DNA of 64,000 nucleotides from Camelus ferus (taxonomy: Eukaryota). The notes under the pieces were generated by a model. It was not told the DNA's origin, did no database searches, and was given only the letters and a program-made list of their open reading frames with translations. Where the stretch lies: contig NC_045712.1 of the NCBI RefSeq assembly GCF_009834535.1, positions 24,986,001 to 25,050,000 on the forward strand. Reading direction: 5' to 3'. Below, in pieces: positions 1 through 20,851 of this stretch. The stretch's first letter is position 1. Each line of letters starts with the position of its first letter. Both the position numbers and the translations under genes were made by a program.

Positions 1-1004
1 GGCGTGCACACTCAGTGTGTACACACCACATCCTCACGTGCATACCCTCTGTCTGTTGGCCCACATCTGAGGAGGCCAGCAGGCTCCCGGGTGGTGAAGC
101 CCTCCCCTCTGGCCTGGGCCTTGGATGAGGGCAGGTGGGTACAACTGACAGGGACCTATGGGCACCTCAGGCACCACACGGGGCTCTGGACTCTCCACGT
201 GTGCACGTGCGTGCATGAACCCACAAAGTTCTCTGTGACTCTCTGTAGACGTGTGTTTGTATTTGTGAGTCATTGTGTCTGTTTGTAAGAGTCTGAGTGT
301 AAACGTAAGGTGGCCGTGTGTATTGATGACTGTGGGACTGTGTGAGGCCTGTGTGGTCCCTGAGGACCCTGAGGGAGCTCTGAGGGCAGGGACTGTGTTT
401 GTTTTTGTCATCTCTAACTTTGGCACAAGAGAACTCAATAAATATGTGTTGGGCGAGTGTAAACGTACACACTGTGTGAGGGGGGACGGCAGGTGACCTG
501 TATTTCAAGTGCAGCTGTGGGTTTGTCACTCGGGGTGTGTCAGGTGTGGCCTCTATACACAGAAGTGCAGGCTGTGTACAAAAAGGCCCTGGGGCCCAGG
601 GAACAGGTAGGGGCCGAGATCCAGTCCCAGATGCCCTCGCTAAGCTGTGGGCCTGAGCACAGCCCAGGGAAGGAGAGTGTTTAAAAAAATTCCCAAGTTG
701 CTGCCATACAGGCCAGCAGAGAGGTCTCTGGTGGCAGGGGCGTGAATGAGGGACTCAGCAGGAAGGATAGCTCCATCTACCAGAGGAGAAGGACTGCTCG
801 CCAAGATTTCCTGGGGAGCAGAGCCTCAGGCAGGCCACCCCGCTCCCCACAAACCCCATGTTCTCTGGACCCAGAGTCTGAGCCCAGCGAGGGACTTGAG
901 GAGGTGAGGGATTTGGCCTGTCCACCTCTGGGAGAAGAGCACTCCAAGCAGAGGGAACAGCCAATCCGATGACCCACACGTTCCCACTGACTTCCTGACA
1001 CCCT

Positions 1005-1110
1005 CTGCGGTATGATGGAAAAAAATTGAGGCTCAGGGAGCTTGAGTGAGTTGCCCAAAGGTACACAACCAGGAAGCAGCAGGATGAGGTCTTAGACTCA
1101 GGCTGACTAA
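1005..1110 (-). mobile_element. MIR fragment
   Basis: GATGGAAAAAAATTGAGGCTCAGGGAG...GTTGCCCAAAGGTACACA MIR core. Confidence 0.55.
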
Positions 1111-1169
1111 GCTGGTGCTGCTACTCCACCCACTGTGCCCACAGAACGCTACAGCACACAGGTGGATAA

Positions 1170-4990
<3,821 letters not shown>

Positions 4991-5512
4991 GTGCTCCCTC
5001 CCTGCCCAGGCCTCCCTGCCAGTCCCCTGCTCCCCCGCCCCACACTCCCCGCCTTAGAGCCTCACCCCCTCCCTCACTGAAGGACCTGAGCACGCCGGGC
5101 CCCCAAGAGTCTGCACCTGGTGGGCAGGGAGGTGGATTCCCAAAGGAGAGCGTTTCACGTCTTTGGCCCCCAAGCCACATCTATCGCCTGAACTGTCAAA
5201 AGTGTCCCAAGACCCCTCACTCCCACTTGACTTACTCGACTCTCCCCCCAGGACTGGGCCAGGGAAGACACAGCACTGGTGCCAAACCAGGCCTCCACTG
5301 CCCACCCTGCCCTGAGGCTCCGTTTGTGTGGGAGGCCTAGGTCTTGCCCCAGGTGAACTCCTCTAACCTGGTTCTTCTGCCCTACCCAGGACCAAATCTG
5401 GATTCCCTGGGAATCATGGAGGAAGTTGAGATGGGCAGTTTGAGGCCTGTGCATCCCAGCTTAAGTCCTAGCAGAAGAGAGGTCCTTGGGCAGCCCTTCT
5501 GCCTCTCTCATG

Positions 5513-5556
5513 CCTACAGCCACCTCTCCCTCACCTACAGCCACCTCTCCCTCACC
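5513..5556 (+). repeat. 21-bp tandem duplication in the CACNA2D2 3' UTR
   Basis: CCTACAGCCACCTCTCCCTCA x2. Confidence 0.9.
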
Positions 5557-6866
5557 AAGCCCTGCAGGTTGCAGGACAGTGACTGGCTCAGACACAACCC
5601 CATACACATCTGGAGCCCTGAGGGCAGAAACTGGACTCACATTAAACATATCCAGGAGGACACACACAAACACAGATGTGCACAGACACACACAAACACA
5701 TACCGTGGGGTGGGGTGGGAGTGGGGGCTCACAAAGCCTTACACAGGATGAAGGGTTGGTGGGAGGGTTGGCACATGCACACTCCATCTCCTGCTCACCA
5801 TCCGCCTCTAATCTGACCTGCAGCCCAGCTGGTCCTCTGTCTCTAAAGCTGAATGTCAAACAGTGCCAAATGCTGGGGCAAGGGGTGAAGACCCCTCTGT
5901 CCCACCCTAGCCACCAGTGTCCCCTAAATGCCCCTCACTCCACCAGGTGCTCATTGTAACCATTTCTCACTAGTGTCAGGCCTTCAGTGGGACCACATGC
6001 CACTGCCTGCACCCCTCGTCAGAGGAACTCTCACCGGACATTGCCCCTTGCCTTAGCGGGGTGACTTGATCACTCCTAGCTGGGTCATCCCACCCCCAGT
6101 CTGGCCCACACTCAGGCCTGTGCCCACTTCCACACACACTCCCTTGCCAAACTGCTCCTCCCTGCTGAACACTTGCACACACATAAACACATATACACAC
6201 TCGGCACACACACAGGCTGGGCCTGGGCTCATCTTCATTCTGGTCATTTCCCCCAAAGGCATCCCAGCCTGGGGGCCAGTGGGGGACTGAGGGCAGGGGG
6301 ATGTGGCCGTGGGGCTCAGATGGAGTTGGAGGGGGGAGGGTGATGCATTAATTAATGGCTCCGTTAATTAATGTCACGTTGCTTGTTGCTTTCTCAGTGT
6401 GTGTGTATGGTCCATGCCTGCTGCTGGTGCCAGGGTGGGTGCCCAAGCTGTACACCCAGCCTGGATGCCAGCCATGTCTTGCGGGGGCGTGTGTGTGTAA
6501 CTGTAGTGTAGTCAGGTGCTCAATGGAGAATACAAAAATAAAAAAGAATCAAACATATACAGAAAATATATATTTTAAGTTTAAAAAACAAAAGCAGACA
6601 AAACAATCCCCATCAGGTAGTTGTCCAACCCCCGGCTGGGTCTGATCCTTCTCATCACCCACCCGACCTGGCTGCCCCTTGCCTCGGGCTTGGGGGATCT
6701 GTTGGGGGCTGGGGGTCCATTTTCTCTTATCTGCCCTTTTTTTTTGGTTGTTCTATTTTGTACAGCAAGTTGGAAAAACAGCAACAAAAAAGTCAAGAAC
6801 TTTGTAAAATATTGTGTGTGATTCCTTGTAAAATATTTTCAAATGGTTTATTACAGAAAATCAGTT

Positions 6867-6872
6867 ATTAAA
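6867..6872 (+). terminator. CACNA2D2 polyadenylation signal (ATTAAA)
   Basis: ATTAAA at the end of a 1.9-kb 3' UTR, followed by U-rich sequence. Confidence 0.6.
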
Positions 6873-7968
6873 TAATGTTCATATTTTCACTTCAAATGAT
6901 TCCCATCCACTGTGTCTGCCCTGGAGTGAGGATTGGGTGGCCTGAAGACACGTGGCCATGACCTCAGAGCCCCACTCACCACTCAACTGGGAGTGAAGGC
7001 AGTAGGAATCCTGGTTCCTGGAGGGTGTAGGGAATGACGCTTCCCAGGCCTCCTAAGTGCCAGAACTTTGGTATCCTTTGTCTCATAATCTTCTCAAGAA
7101 CCTCCAGGAAAAGTTTTCTTTAAAAAAAAAAAAAAAAAAAAAGTCTCCAGAGACTCAAGGCCAAGACTGTGGAGGAGAGAAGATGGAGATGAGATGCTGG
7201 TTTACGCAAGCGTCTGGCCATAGGGTCAGACCACCTGGGCCTAGTGGGCAGGTCCTCCACTTTGGAGCACAGAGTGAGTACCTGACCTGAGTCTGTGACC
7301 TGGTGCTTGAGGGCCCAGTGCTGTCTGGAGGAGGGCAGGGTCTGGCGCATCCCCAAGCATGATGGCTGCTCCATCCCAGCCCAGGGAAGGCCTGGTACCC
7401 TCAGTGACCACTGCACCTCACACTGGAACCCAACTTTGAGTCTCTTTCTGCAGATCCTCTCAGACTTCCTTCTGGCCGACCCTACACCTTTGTTCACTTT
7501 AACCCCAACTTTCTCAATATCAGCCCTATTCTGTGTGACCTTCCCAGTTCTTTTCAAAGGGAAGGACTTATAAAGACCAGGGCAGAGGTTTGCCAGTGCT
7601 GCTGACAGCTGCTCTCTTACAATACATATTCCACACTCTGTACTCACCTAGTGGGCAGCCAGCTGAGTCCTCACCACCACCTTAGAGTTGGATACTAGTT
7701 TATCCCATACCACAGATGAGCAAACTAAGACTTAAGAGAAATTCTTTCTCCCAGTGAGACAGGCAAGAAACCAGCAAAGGTTTCAGAGGGGAGGTGGCCT
7801 GTGGCTGGGGGACCTTGGATGCTAAATAAATGGAAGAGGGCATTCCAGGCCTTAGCGAGGACACCCTTCCTCACTCCTCTTGTGGCAAGTTCTGGCCACC
7901 GAGCAAAGCCTAGCTAGCAACCCCTGAGACAGCTCCCATGCCCCACAACAGCCCCAGAGGTCCTGGGG

Positions 7969-8180
7969 TATAGTTGTGCTAAAAAATACAGAACATCCAG
8001 TCACATTTGGAATTTCAGATAATCAACAAATACTTTCAGAATATTGCCAACACTGCATGGGACATAACTGTACTGAAAATTGGGGACCTGCCTACACTGA
8101 CGAAAATTATTCATTGTTTATCTGAAATTCCAATTTAACTGAGGGTCCTGTATTTTGATTTGCTAAATCTGGCAACCCTA
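7969..8180. mobile_element. MER53-like palindromic DNA transposon (MITE)
   Basis: Inverted arms 7982-8022 and 8118-8156, terminal GCTAAATCTGGCAACCCTA and central GCATGGGACATA match the recalled MER53 consensus. Confidence 0.75.
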
Positions 8181-8879
8181 CCCTGGGGTGGCATCCAGTG
8201 GGAACCTAGACCCCAAAGATAAAGGATAGCAATACCCTTTTCAACCAGGAAGGTTATGCACACATTGGCAGTTGTGCTGAAGTCAGTGGAAGGAAGGGAT
8301 TCGGCACTTTATAAATGATCTTTGTCATGTAACTATTTTAATTATATGCACATTTTAAAAAAGTAACTCAGTACACACACACACACAAATCAGTTTGCAC
8401 AAGACACAAGCTGCCTTAAGTCACGTTTCAGTGAGGTGGGGGCCAACGGCCAGTCTGACCCAAGTTTGTAGAGAGACCTCTTTTCATCCAGGTCAGCTAC
8501 TGTGGGGAGGAGAGTCACTGAGAGAGGCCCAGCCTTGCCCCTTTGGGGGCTGGAGACCTGAGTTCTAATACGGGCTCCACCTCACTTGTAATAAGGGCAG
8601 CTTGGGCAACACACTGAGCACCCGGGGTGGACTGGTATTTTACACCCCAGGTCCCTTGGATCCTCACAGTAGGTCCTGTCATCACCTCCATTTTATGGTC
8701 CATGAAACTGAATCTAAACAAAGTCCAGGAACTTGTGCCAATGTCACACAGACGCCAAAAGGCAGAGCAAGAATTCCAACCTGAGTCAGGTCCCCTACAC
8801 CCCATACAACCTGGGCCTGGCATACAACAGGCCACGGAAGTTTCGGGAGTTCACACCCACTGGACCATCCAACATTCTA

Positions 8880-9840
8880 TCCGCACACCCGTCCACAAGG
8901 ACACACCCACTCAGACATACAGGCACACACAGAGCCACTCTCCCCGGAAATTCAGCAAATGCGTTGCCTGCAATAGCGCTGCCGCTGGTACCTGCCGCTC
9001 CCCCGACATTAGCTATGCTAGTTCACCCTCTCCCACCTCCGAAGAACGACGGAAACGGTCCTGAGAACTACAACTCCCAAGCACACCCTCCTCTCACCAC
9101 CAACAGGAAGGGCCCGGGCGCATAGCCTCCTGGGACTTGTTGTTCTACCCAGAATCCTGATTTCCGCCGGCCCCGAGTTGGGCTGGGGACTCCATGTCCC
9201 AGCATGCCGCGGAGCCGCAAGGCCGACGCTCAGAGGGCATCCTGAGGCCGCCTGGGACGCGCAGGCGCAGCGCCCCTGTTTGTCGGCGCCTGAGAAGGGA
9301 GGAGGTACTGCCGAAGCCGAAGCCGAAGCCGAGGCCGAGGCCGAGGCCGAGGCGGAGCTGACCAGACTTGACTCCGGCCCAGAACTAGGCTCCAGTACCC
9401 CGCGGACCGTAGGGTCTCAGAGTGGATGGAGGAGACCGAACCCTGAGATCACCGCCAGCCCGGTCGCCGTGCCGCAGGGCCCACAGGGCAGGCAGGCAGG
9501 CGCGCTGAAGCTGCCCGGGGCCTTCCCCCAGGTCCCCGGCCCCGCGACCAGGCCCGGCTCTGCCCTTTGGGACCAGAGGCGACCCAACCGGAAGAGGAGC
9601 CTTCACCGGGGCCATAGGCCAGTGATTAGGCCAAGGCAGGGCCTCCCGTCGGGGCCGACTGGGACGAGGCCCCGGGGAGGCCCCTAGCCCACTAAACCCT
9701 TCCCTCAGGCCGACTCCCGCCGGGAAGATGCAGCGCGCCCTACCGGGCGCCCGCCAACACTTGGGGGCCATCCTGGCCAGCGCCAGCGTGGTGGTGAAGG
9801 CTCTGTGCGCGGTGGTACTATTCCTCTACCTACTGTCCTT
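8880..9840 (+). promoter_or_regulatory. TMEM115 CpG-island promoter and 5' UTR
   Basis: Dense CpG; ACTACAACTCCCAAG (ZNF143/THAP11-type motif) at 9067-9081. Boundaries estimated by eye. Confidence 0.75.
9310..9357 (+). repeat. Hexanucleotide repeat (GCCGAA)3(GCCGAG)4 GCGGAG
   Basis: Read directly from the sequence. Confidence 0.95.
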
Positions 9841-12800
9841 CGCCGTGGACACGGGCTGCCTGGCGGTCACCCCAGGCTACCTCTTTCCGCCCAACTTCTG
9901 GATCTGGACCCTAGCCACCCATGGGCTGATGGAACAACATGTGTGGGATGTGGCCATCAGCCTGGCCACAGTGGTGGTGGCTGGACGTTTGCTGGAGCCC
10001 CTCTGGGGAGCCTTGGAGCTGCTCATCTTCTTCTCAGTGGTGAACGTGTCGGTGGGGCTGCTGGGGGCCTTTGCCTACCTCCTCACCTACATGGCTTCCT
10101 TCAACTTGGTCTACCTTTTCACTATCCGCATCCACGGCGCCCTGGGCTTCCTAGGTGGTGTCCTGGTGGCACTCAAACAAACCATGGGGGACTGTGTGGT
10201 CCTGCGAGTGCCCCAGGTACGTGTCAGTGTGGTTCCCATGCTCCTGTTGGGGCTGCTGCTGCTGCTGAGGCTGGCCACACTGCTCCAGAGCCCAGCACTG
10301 GCCTCTTACGGCTTTGGGCTGCTCTCCAGCTGGGTGTATCTTCGCTTCTACCAGCGCCATAGCCGAGGCCGAGGGGACATGGCCGACCACTTTGCTTTCG
10401 CCACCTTCTTCCCGGAGATCCTGCAGCCTGTGGTGGGGCTGCTGGCGAACTTGGTGCATGGCCTCCTGGTGAAGGTAAAGATATGCCAGAAGACAGTGAA
10501 GCGCTATGATGTGGGTGCCCCATCCTCCATCACCATCAGCCTCCCAGGCACAGACCCTCAAGACGCAGAGCGGAGAAGGTACTGTGGAATCTTCCAAAAC
10601 CTTGTCAAGCTAGGAGAGTATTTATTGATCAAGTCACATCCATCTGTTGAAGTGCTTGCTCTGTGTAGGCTGCTGGCCTACAGTCAGATATTGGGGCAGA
10701 TTCAGAAAGAGAAAATCCAGTTTGTGGCCTTGAGGGGCTCAGCATTTAGGTGTCTGGCTGCAGGAGGTACTTTGCAAAATTAGAGAGTAAAAGTTCCTTT
10801 TCTCACCACTCAGGCCACTTAAGTTTCAAGAAATGCCCTGCTTTTTGGAGCTGTGTAAGGGGCTGTTGGAGAGCTAGGTACACACAACCTTGGCCTTGTC
10901 TCAGAATCTCAGAATCCTAGACCCTAGTCCTGTGGGAGCCAGAGACAACCCGCTGGTCCTTGCTCCCCTGTGAGGGAGGAACAGAGAAAGAGACCTAGAG
11001 TCCTTAAGAGTTGGTCGGGGCCACCCCAAATGCTGAACCATCCCCTCTTCCTAGGCCTTAATTCAGATTCTGTTGTTTCTCTACCACTTATTGAGAGAGA
11101 AGCTTAGGGTATTACTAGACCTACCCCTACCCTGCCCCCGACTTTGGCAGGCATTTGTCACCAAACCTAGGAGACAGTCACCTGACCCACTGAGGGAGCC
11201 TGCTGACCATACCAGGGAGTGGAGATAACCTTTTCATTATCTGTAAACCAAGCCATGTGTACCATGAGGAGTCCCAGCTGAATTATTCACTTGGCCAAGG
11301 CAAGACAGATCTTTTTTAATCCAGCTCTCTCTCTCTCATATCTGTGGACTCACCACAGTGGTCACAGCTCAGTTTCCAACATTATTCTTAAGTTTTTCGA
11401 TGCAGTTACTTGAGTAGTGAAATCTAGAGCAGGATCTGTTCCTACTTTCTGCATTTGTCAAAGGCTTCTGTTTTTTCTCACTGTGAAATGGGTTCTTAGC
11501 AAGCAGCTTTATGAATTCAGCTGGAGTTTTCCCTGTGTTTACTCTCCACTGGGGCTGTGGAGTTGAGTGTGGGACACAACCCTTTCCTGAAGGAGTTTCC
11601 AGATAGGGAAGGGCCACAGGTAACTGTGGTCCAAGGTGGAACGTGTTGAAAAGTACACACGGCATGTAGCAGAGCATAACTCTGGGCCCTACAGTTTATG
11701 TCTCTATGGCTAATGAATCCTAAAGACTGAGGTCTGTCTTAACCTTACATGGTGGAGGAGATGGGGCCAGGAGGCTGGGCCTGGTAGAAACTGAGCTGTC
11801 CTCAGAGCTGTTCAGGTGGGCCCAGACCACAGTGGTGGCCCCTCCTCGAGTGAGAGATCTTGGTTTGTTAGAGTTAGCTGGACATTTGAAAAACCTCTGC
11901 ACAGGCTAAAGAAAATGGACAGGTTCAGGCAGGCTGGGCAGGGGAGGGAGGGATGTTGGGAAGCTGGTTCTTGGTTTAGTTTTGATGTGTTTAGCTTACT
12001 TTGGGATGGGGCTTATTCCTCCAACCAGTTTGACATCTGGCTGCATGCCACTCCCTGACCCAAAGGGCTACCCTATGATGGTGGGAGGCAGGGTTTCCTA
12101 CCTTGGACCCTTGTGAGGGAGTGATTAGCGTGCCACAACCTCTCCCTTGGCAGGCTTTAGACAGAATTGGCAAGGGAGTCTCCAGATTGGGAGCCTGAGT
12201 AGCAGCAGGGAAGAACTATCCTGTCTGTCCCAACTTGCCATGTGTCAGGGTCGAAGTGTGCTGGGGCTTTCTGTGCCTGTGTCATTGCCTCTTCTGGTAC
12301 GGTGGAGATTTTAGTTCTCTGCTGGAACTTGGAAGGCTACACAGGTCCCCCATGCTGGTGGCAGAGTTTGAGGCATCAGCGGCCCACAGTGACCACTATT
12401 ACAAGTGTTACCTGGCAGTATGAGCATTCCACCTCTTGGTAGGGCAGGGTCTCGAGTGCACATATATATCTTCTTTTCGTGAACTTTCCCACTTCCCCCC
12501 AGAGTTGGTTCTCCAGGGGCTGCCCAGTGGAACCAGCAGGCTCTAGCCTGTGTCCTACCCACATGGCTATTTCTCCATCTCTGCAAGGACTCGGGGTGTC
12601 CCTGCTCTAAAACAAGTCCTGGTGGCTTTGGGGATTCTTCGGGAAGGAGAGTATTTGAGTCGGTTAGGAGGGATAGGTTGATCCAGGTTGGCCCTGCTTC
12701 TCAGGCTGAGAGCCAAGGCAGTTGCTTGAGTTCCAACCTTCCCTACAGACCCTTGTTGGGAGGCTCCTTAACAAGGAGAGGCGGAGAAGTAACAGCTCTC

Positions 12801-13416
12801 TCCTTGGATGTGATGCCAGTGCCCAGCAGAAACTCACATGTCCAGGGACTTGCCCTTCCACCTGTCTGCCCTGGGACACCAGCTCTGCCTAGCCTTAGGC
12901 ACCATCCTCAGAACCATTCCTAGGGCTGGCCTGAGGGCAGCCTGGCATATACCCAGCTGGCCTTCTCAGCCTGGAGGTGACCCAGCTATGGAGGGAAGAA
13001 GGCTCTACAGCCTTTAGGTCCTCATTCTGATAGGAGAGTGGGTCCTAATCCAATCCCTGAGGAACCCTGGGCCCTGCATGGGGAAGGGGAACATGTAGGA
13101 TTCTGAGAGGGGAGTCCGAGTAGTAAGGCAAGTTAGTTTCACAGGGGAAGAGTGCAGGGCATGAGGCAAGTCCAGACCCTGAGTGACCTGTCATCTTTTC
13201 CCTGGCCCCAGGCAACTGGCTCTGAAGGCCCTCAATGAGCGGTTGAAGAGAGTGGAGGACCAGTCCGTCTGGCCCAGCATGGACGACGATGAAGAGGAAG
13301 CTGGGGCCAAGGTGGACAGCCCTCTGCCCTCAGACAAGGCCCCCGCACTCCCAGGGAAGGGGTCTGTCCCAGAATCCAGCTTGATCACCTTTGAGGCAGC
13401 TCCCCCGAAGCTATAA
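9728..13416 (+). CDS. TMEM115: Transmembrane protein 115 (Golgi, rhomboid-like), 351 aa
   Basis: Exons 9728-10578 (851 nt, MQRALPGARQHLGAILASAS...) and 13212-13416 (205 nt, QLALKALNERLKRVEDQSVWPSMDDDEEE...PPKL*); 1056 nt total gives 351 aa, same as recalled human length. Confidence 0.97.
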
Positions 13417-13985
13417 CTCCTGACCACCTTGACTGTAGCATCTCCTCTCCCGAGCCCCCACTTGACACCCTCTCAGCTATTCCAGGGCACTGACTGCTCT
13501 GAGGAGAGGGAAGAAGGCCTGCTGGGGGTTGCCACAGCCTTCTGCTATTTCTCGCCAACACTACCCAGGACTCTTGCTACCTGGTTCCAGTTCCAGACAA
13601 CCACTATGCCAGGCATGGGGCCTCTGAAACATCAGCCAGCCCAGGCCACCTGAGGTAAGACTGCACCTCAGCAGGCAGCCCCAAGCAAATGGCTACAGGG
13701 ACACTGGTGCCATGGCTCCTGGGCCAACCCTCACGCCTGATACTGGTTGCCGAGAGCCCCAAGCCAAGGCAAGGATTTGCCAAAAACGTTCTGGGGGTCC
13801 AGCCAGTGCAGGAGCCAGCACAGGGCTGCACATCCCTGCCCACCCCCAGAAAGACTATGTTCATGTCAGGATTTCTGATTCCCTCTGCTGTGGCCATGGC
13901 TGCTTCTGGGCCAGAACAGTCACAGTTCCCAGATATTTTCTACAGGACCACTTGAGTGGGCAGCCAAGCCCAGCCTCGCAGTATC

Positions 13986-13991
13986 AATAAA
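13986..13991 (+). terminator. TMEM115 polyadenylation signal (AATAAA)
   Basis: First AATAAA after the stop codon, followed by a GU-rich tract. Confidence 0.75.
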
Positions 13992-14993
13992 GCAGTTCTT
14001 TGAGGTATGGCTCCTGGGCTCTGTCAGACTGCCTTGTGCAGCCCCCTCATCATATGCAACTGCAAAGTTAGGCAGGGACTTTTTACTCTAGGTTCAAGGG
14101 CTTGGTCCCCAAGGCTCCTCCAGCTGGATTGAAAAAATCATTGCCCTCACTCTCCTTCCCCCAGCACACTCCCCTCCCCACCACCACATGCCCACTGTCA
14201 AGCAGCCTTCCCAGAGCTGCACCCTTACTTATTTTCTCTCTCCCTGCAGTACCCAGTCAGGGAGGACCTGCCTGGAGGATCTGATGATTAAGGGCCTCTC
14301 TATCACAGGGAGTTGTTCTCATCCATGGCTCGCCACCAAGACAGAGTGCTCAGTGCTTGACACCTATGGAGGCAGCCCATCCCCAGCTCCCATCCTGTCA
14401 TTGTCCAGATCTGACCACCACAGTCTGGAAACCAGCACAGCTGGGAGGCTGAAAGGACACACAGCTGCACCATTCACAGCTACAGCCATAGGACCTGCTA
14501 GGGCCCTGGGTGACATGGGATGCCCAGCAGCCAGATTCTGAGGCTAGTGTGCCAGGAAAGCTTTAGCCCCTCAGTGAACAGGTCCCCATCTTGCCCAGCT
14601 GCCCATTTTTTCATGCTGATAGCATTCGCAAGAACTATTCCCAGCTCTGGGTTATTCCTCCCATCCAGTCTTTTCAGTCTTTTTTTTTTTTATTATTTTA
14701 CTTTTTATCTCTTCTGTAATTTCTGGACATACCAGCACAAGTTGAGTTGCTGAGGGGGCAGTCTTGCAAGCCCAACTTCATCTAGACACATGATCCATAA
14801 ACTTCTCTGGGATGGTAGAGAAAGAAGGAAAGGGGAGCACTCCAGCAGGAGGAGCAAGCACAAATGTCACACACAGGACTCCAGCTACCCCTGAGGTGTC
14901 CCATGACCAAGTCAGCTGAGAGAGTGCAGGAGGTCCCAGCCCCAGCTCCTAGACTGAGGGGCAAATCCAGGCTTCCCCTAGGCTGGGAAGAGC

Positions 14994-16832
14994 TCAAGGC
15001 TGGATCCTTTTGCGGTACAGGTAGGCATTGCTCACCTGGTTCATGATGACCAAGCTGGTGATGACAGGGCATAGCACAGCCAGGTACCAGACCCCACCGG
15101 TGACTGTGGCAGTGAACCAGAGTGAGCACATGCCCAATAAGAGGCTGGCACTACCCAGAAGGTAGCCCACCAGCCCAGAAGTGGCATGGTACAGCTTGAG
15201 CTTGGCCAGGGGCCATCGGGGCAGCAGTTTGGGGTAGAGCAGCCCCACCCCACCTGAGCACTGCAGCCCTGCCCACAGCACAGCTAGCAGCCCTGCCCGC
15301 CCGTGCCACGTGGCCAAGTGGGCTTTGCCAAGCTGTTCCTTGTGGAGGATGACAAGGCCCAGGCCCAGCAGTGCACACAACAGGGCCAGCAGCTGCAGTA
15401 CCCAGTGGCAGCGAGCTCGGCCCTTCCGCGAGAGGGAGCGCAGCAGCGAACTCTCAGGAGAGAACACCAGCAGTGCCTCAGTCATCAGGAAAGAGAACTG
15501 GGGAGACAGGGATGGAACACTAAGTAAGAGTGCTGCCCAGCGGAAGGGAAGAGAGCTTGAGATATAATCTAAGCTGCCAGCCAGTCTGGGCAGATTCCCC
15601 TTCATTCTCTCCCCACTGATAAGAGTGTCTATTTGGTGAGACAAGAGTGGAGAACTCTATCTGGGACAGAACATCTGCCCTGAGTAACAAGCAAGAGGTA
15701 CCACTCCACACTTCTTCCTAGGTGCTATTCTGAAATGTCATCTCTGCTGTGTTACTCAGCAAACACAAGGTTCGAGATGTGGCAGTTACAAATGATTCAC
15801 AAGCTTTCTTTTCCTGACATAGAGATGGATACAGTTTCTTGGCAAGCGCTGGCCATACAGGTGCACTGTTTCAGGGAAAATTAGATGTGTCACTATAAAT
15901 TAAGGTGAAAAGGAACACAGGTACACCCAAATGCATATTCTAAGCGTCCTGCCTGGAGGTGGGTGAAGCTTCATTTTGTGCTTAGATAAACCCATTTGCC
16001 CTGCATCTTGAATACTCTGGTTCAAGTCTGGGATATATACCATGGGCAGGAGTTGGAGCATGCAGCTCCTCCAGCCCCACATCCCGTCCCTCCAAACAGA
16101 TACTAAGTGTTCATAAAGATTTAGAAGTCACCAAGATCACCACCCATAGCTATACTTCGTCCCACCCATAAGAGCAGGCCAGGCCCATTACTTACAGCCA
16201 GAGACATAAGCACTGGGTGCCAGGAGAAGAGACCTGGAATGAGAAGAGAAGGCTTTGAGGCTGAAGCAAGAAGAACCCAGCCACACCAATTGCCACAGGC
16301 TGAGGAAAATGAGCAGCCCATCACCCAAGGAGGTGCTGCCAAAATTCAAGTCCCCGCTTGCTGCAACAAGCTGACCCCAAACATATCCTCTCTTCCTGGT
16401 CCCTCCCTAGATCAGAGGCTATGCTTTCCCACTCCTCTGGCAGTCCTCCCTCCTTCCCCCTGCACTTTCCAGGAGGCAGCCAAGTGGAGCACAAGACAAG
16501 AGCAGCCAGGTACTCTGTGGGACCTGGCCAAGCTGGCCCAGCTTCCACACTTACCTACTCCACCCCACTTACCCCTCCAGCATAGCATGCCCCTCAGCCA
16601 GCCAGGCCTTTCCCAGGAGTCAGACACCCAAGGCTTCCTTTTGCCCCTGCTCCCCAGAAAAAGTGGCACTTTCCTTCCCATAAGTCAACTATGAATTCTA
16701 CTTACTGGAGCCAGGCCTGGCAAGTACAGCCACAAAGATGGTGAAGCCTAGGGCCACAAGGTGGGCAGCAGCCCCAGAGGCAGTGCGTAGAGCTCGGTAT
16801 ATGTGCGATTCAGTCTCCACAGAAAGAGCCAT
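14994..16832 (-). CDS. CYB561D2: Cytochrome b561 family member D2 (101F6), 222 aa
   Basis: Minus-strand exons 16832-16706 (127 nt, [20 protein letters not shown]), 16233-16196 (38 nt, [12 protein letters not shown]) and 15497-14994 (504 nt, ...YLYRKRIQP*); 669 nt total. Heme-ligand His motifs SWHP, RCHW, TWHG, LYHA are present. Confidence 0.97.
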
Positions 16833-17063
16833 GGTCAGCCAGGCCGGTGGCTGTAGCCTGAAAGCATAGTAGAGTGAGCAAGGGCCTCTGGTGCCCACTG
16901 TCCACTCCTCTCACTGGAGCAAGAGTTGCAGGGCAGGAATGCCACTCTCTTCCAAGAAGTTAAGATATGAAGGGACAGTACTAAGCTAGGCACCAGGAAT
17001 AGTTGAGACTGGTGGCCTGTCAGAGCGTACACGCTTCTGAATTGGCACTGGTCACTGGCCCAC

Positions 17064-20623
<3,560 letters not shown>

Positions 20624-20748
20624 GGCTGGTGAGGGCTGGACCAGGCACACAGCTGTGACTGCTGTCTCCTGCTAAGCCCTGCCTGGTGCGTGAGGGCTAG
20701 ACCAGCAAACTAGCCCATACTGCCTTAAGGTTGATGCACACTTCTGTA

Positions 20749-20754
20749 AATAAA
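20749..20754 (+). terminator. NPRL2 polyadenylation signal (AATAAA)
   Basis: AATAAA 125 nt after the stop codon. Confidence 0.75.
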
Positions 20755-20851
20755 GTCATCCATTTCAACCTACCTTTATTGAGTACTGCCTCTGAGCCAG
20801 CCACCGGAGAGAACCTTCGGAAATGGAATAGCCATAGTCCTGGCGTCCTGG

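Noticed and set aside
7122-7142. A21 tract after TTTTCTTT, a possible retro-insertion tail
   Set aside because: No element body or target-site duplication could be identified.
9728-10783. Single-exon 351-aa ORF in the track, the same length as real TMEM115
   Set aside because: It reads through the donor at 10578; the matching length is a coincidence. The true C-terminus is in exon 13212-13416.
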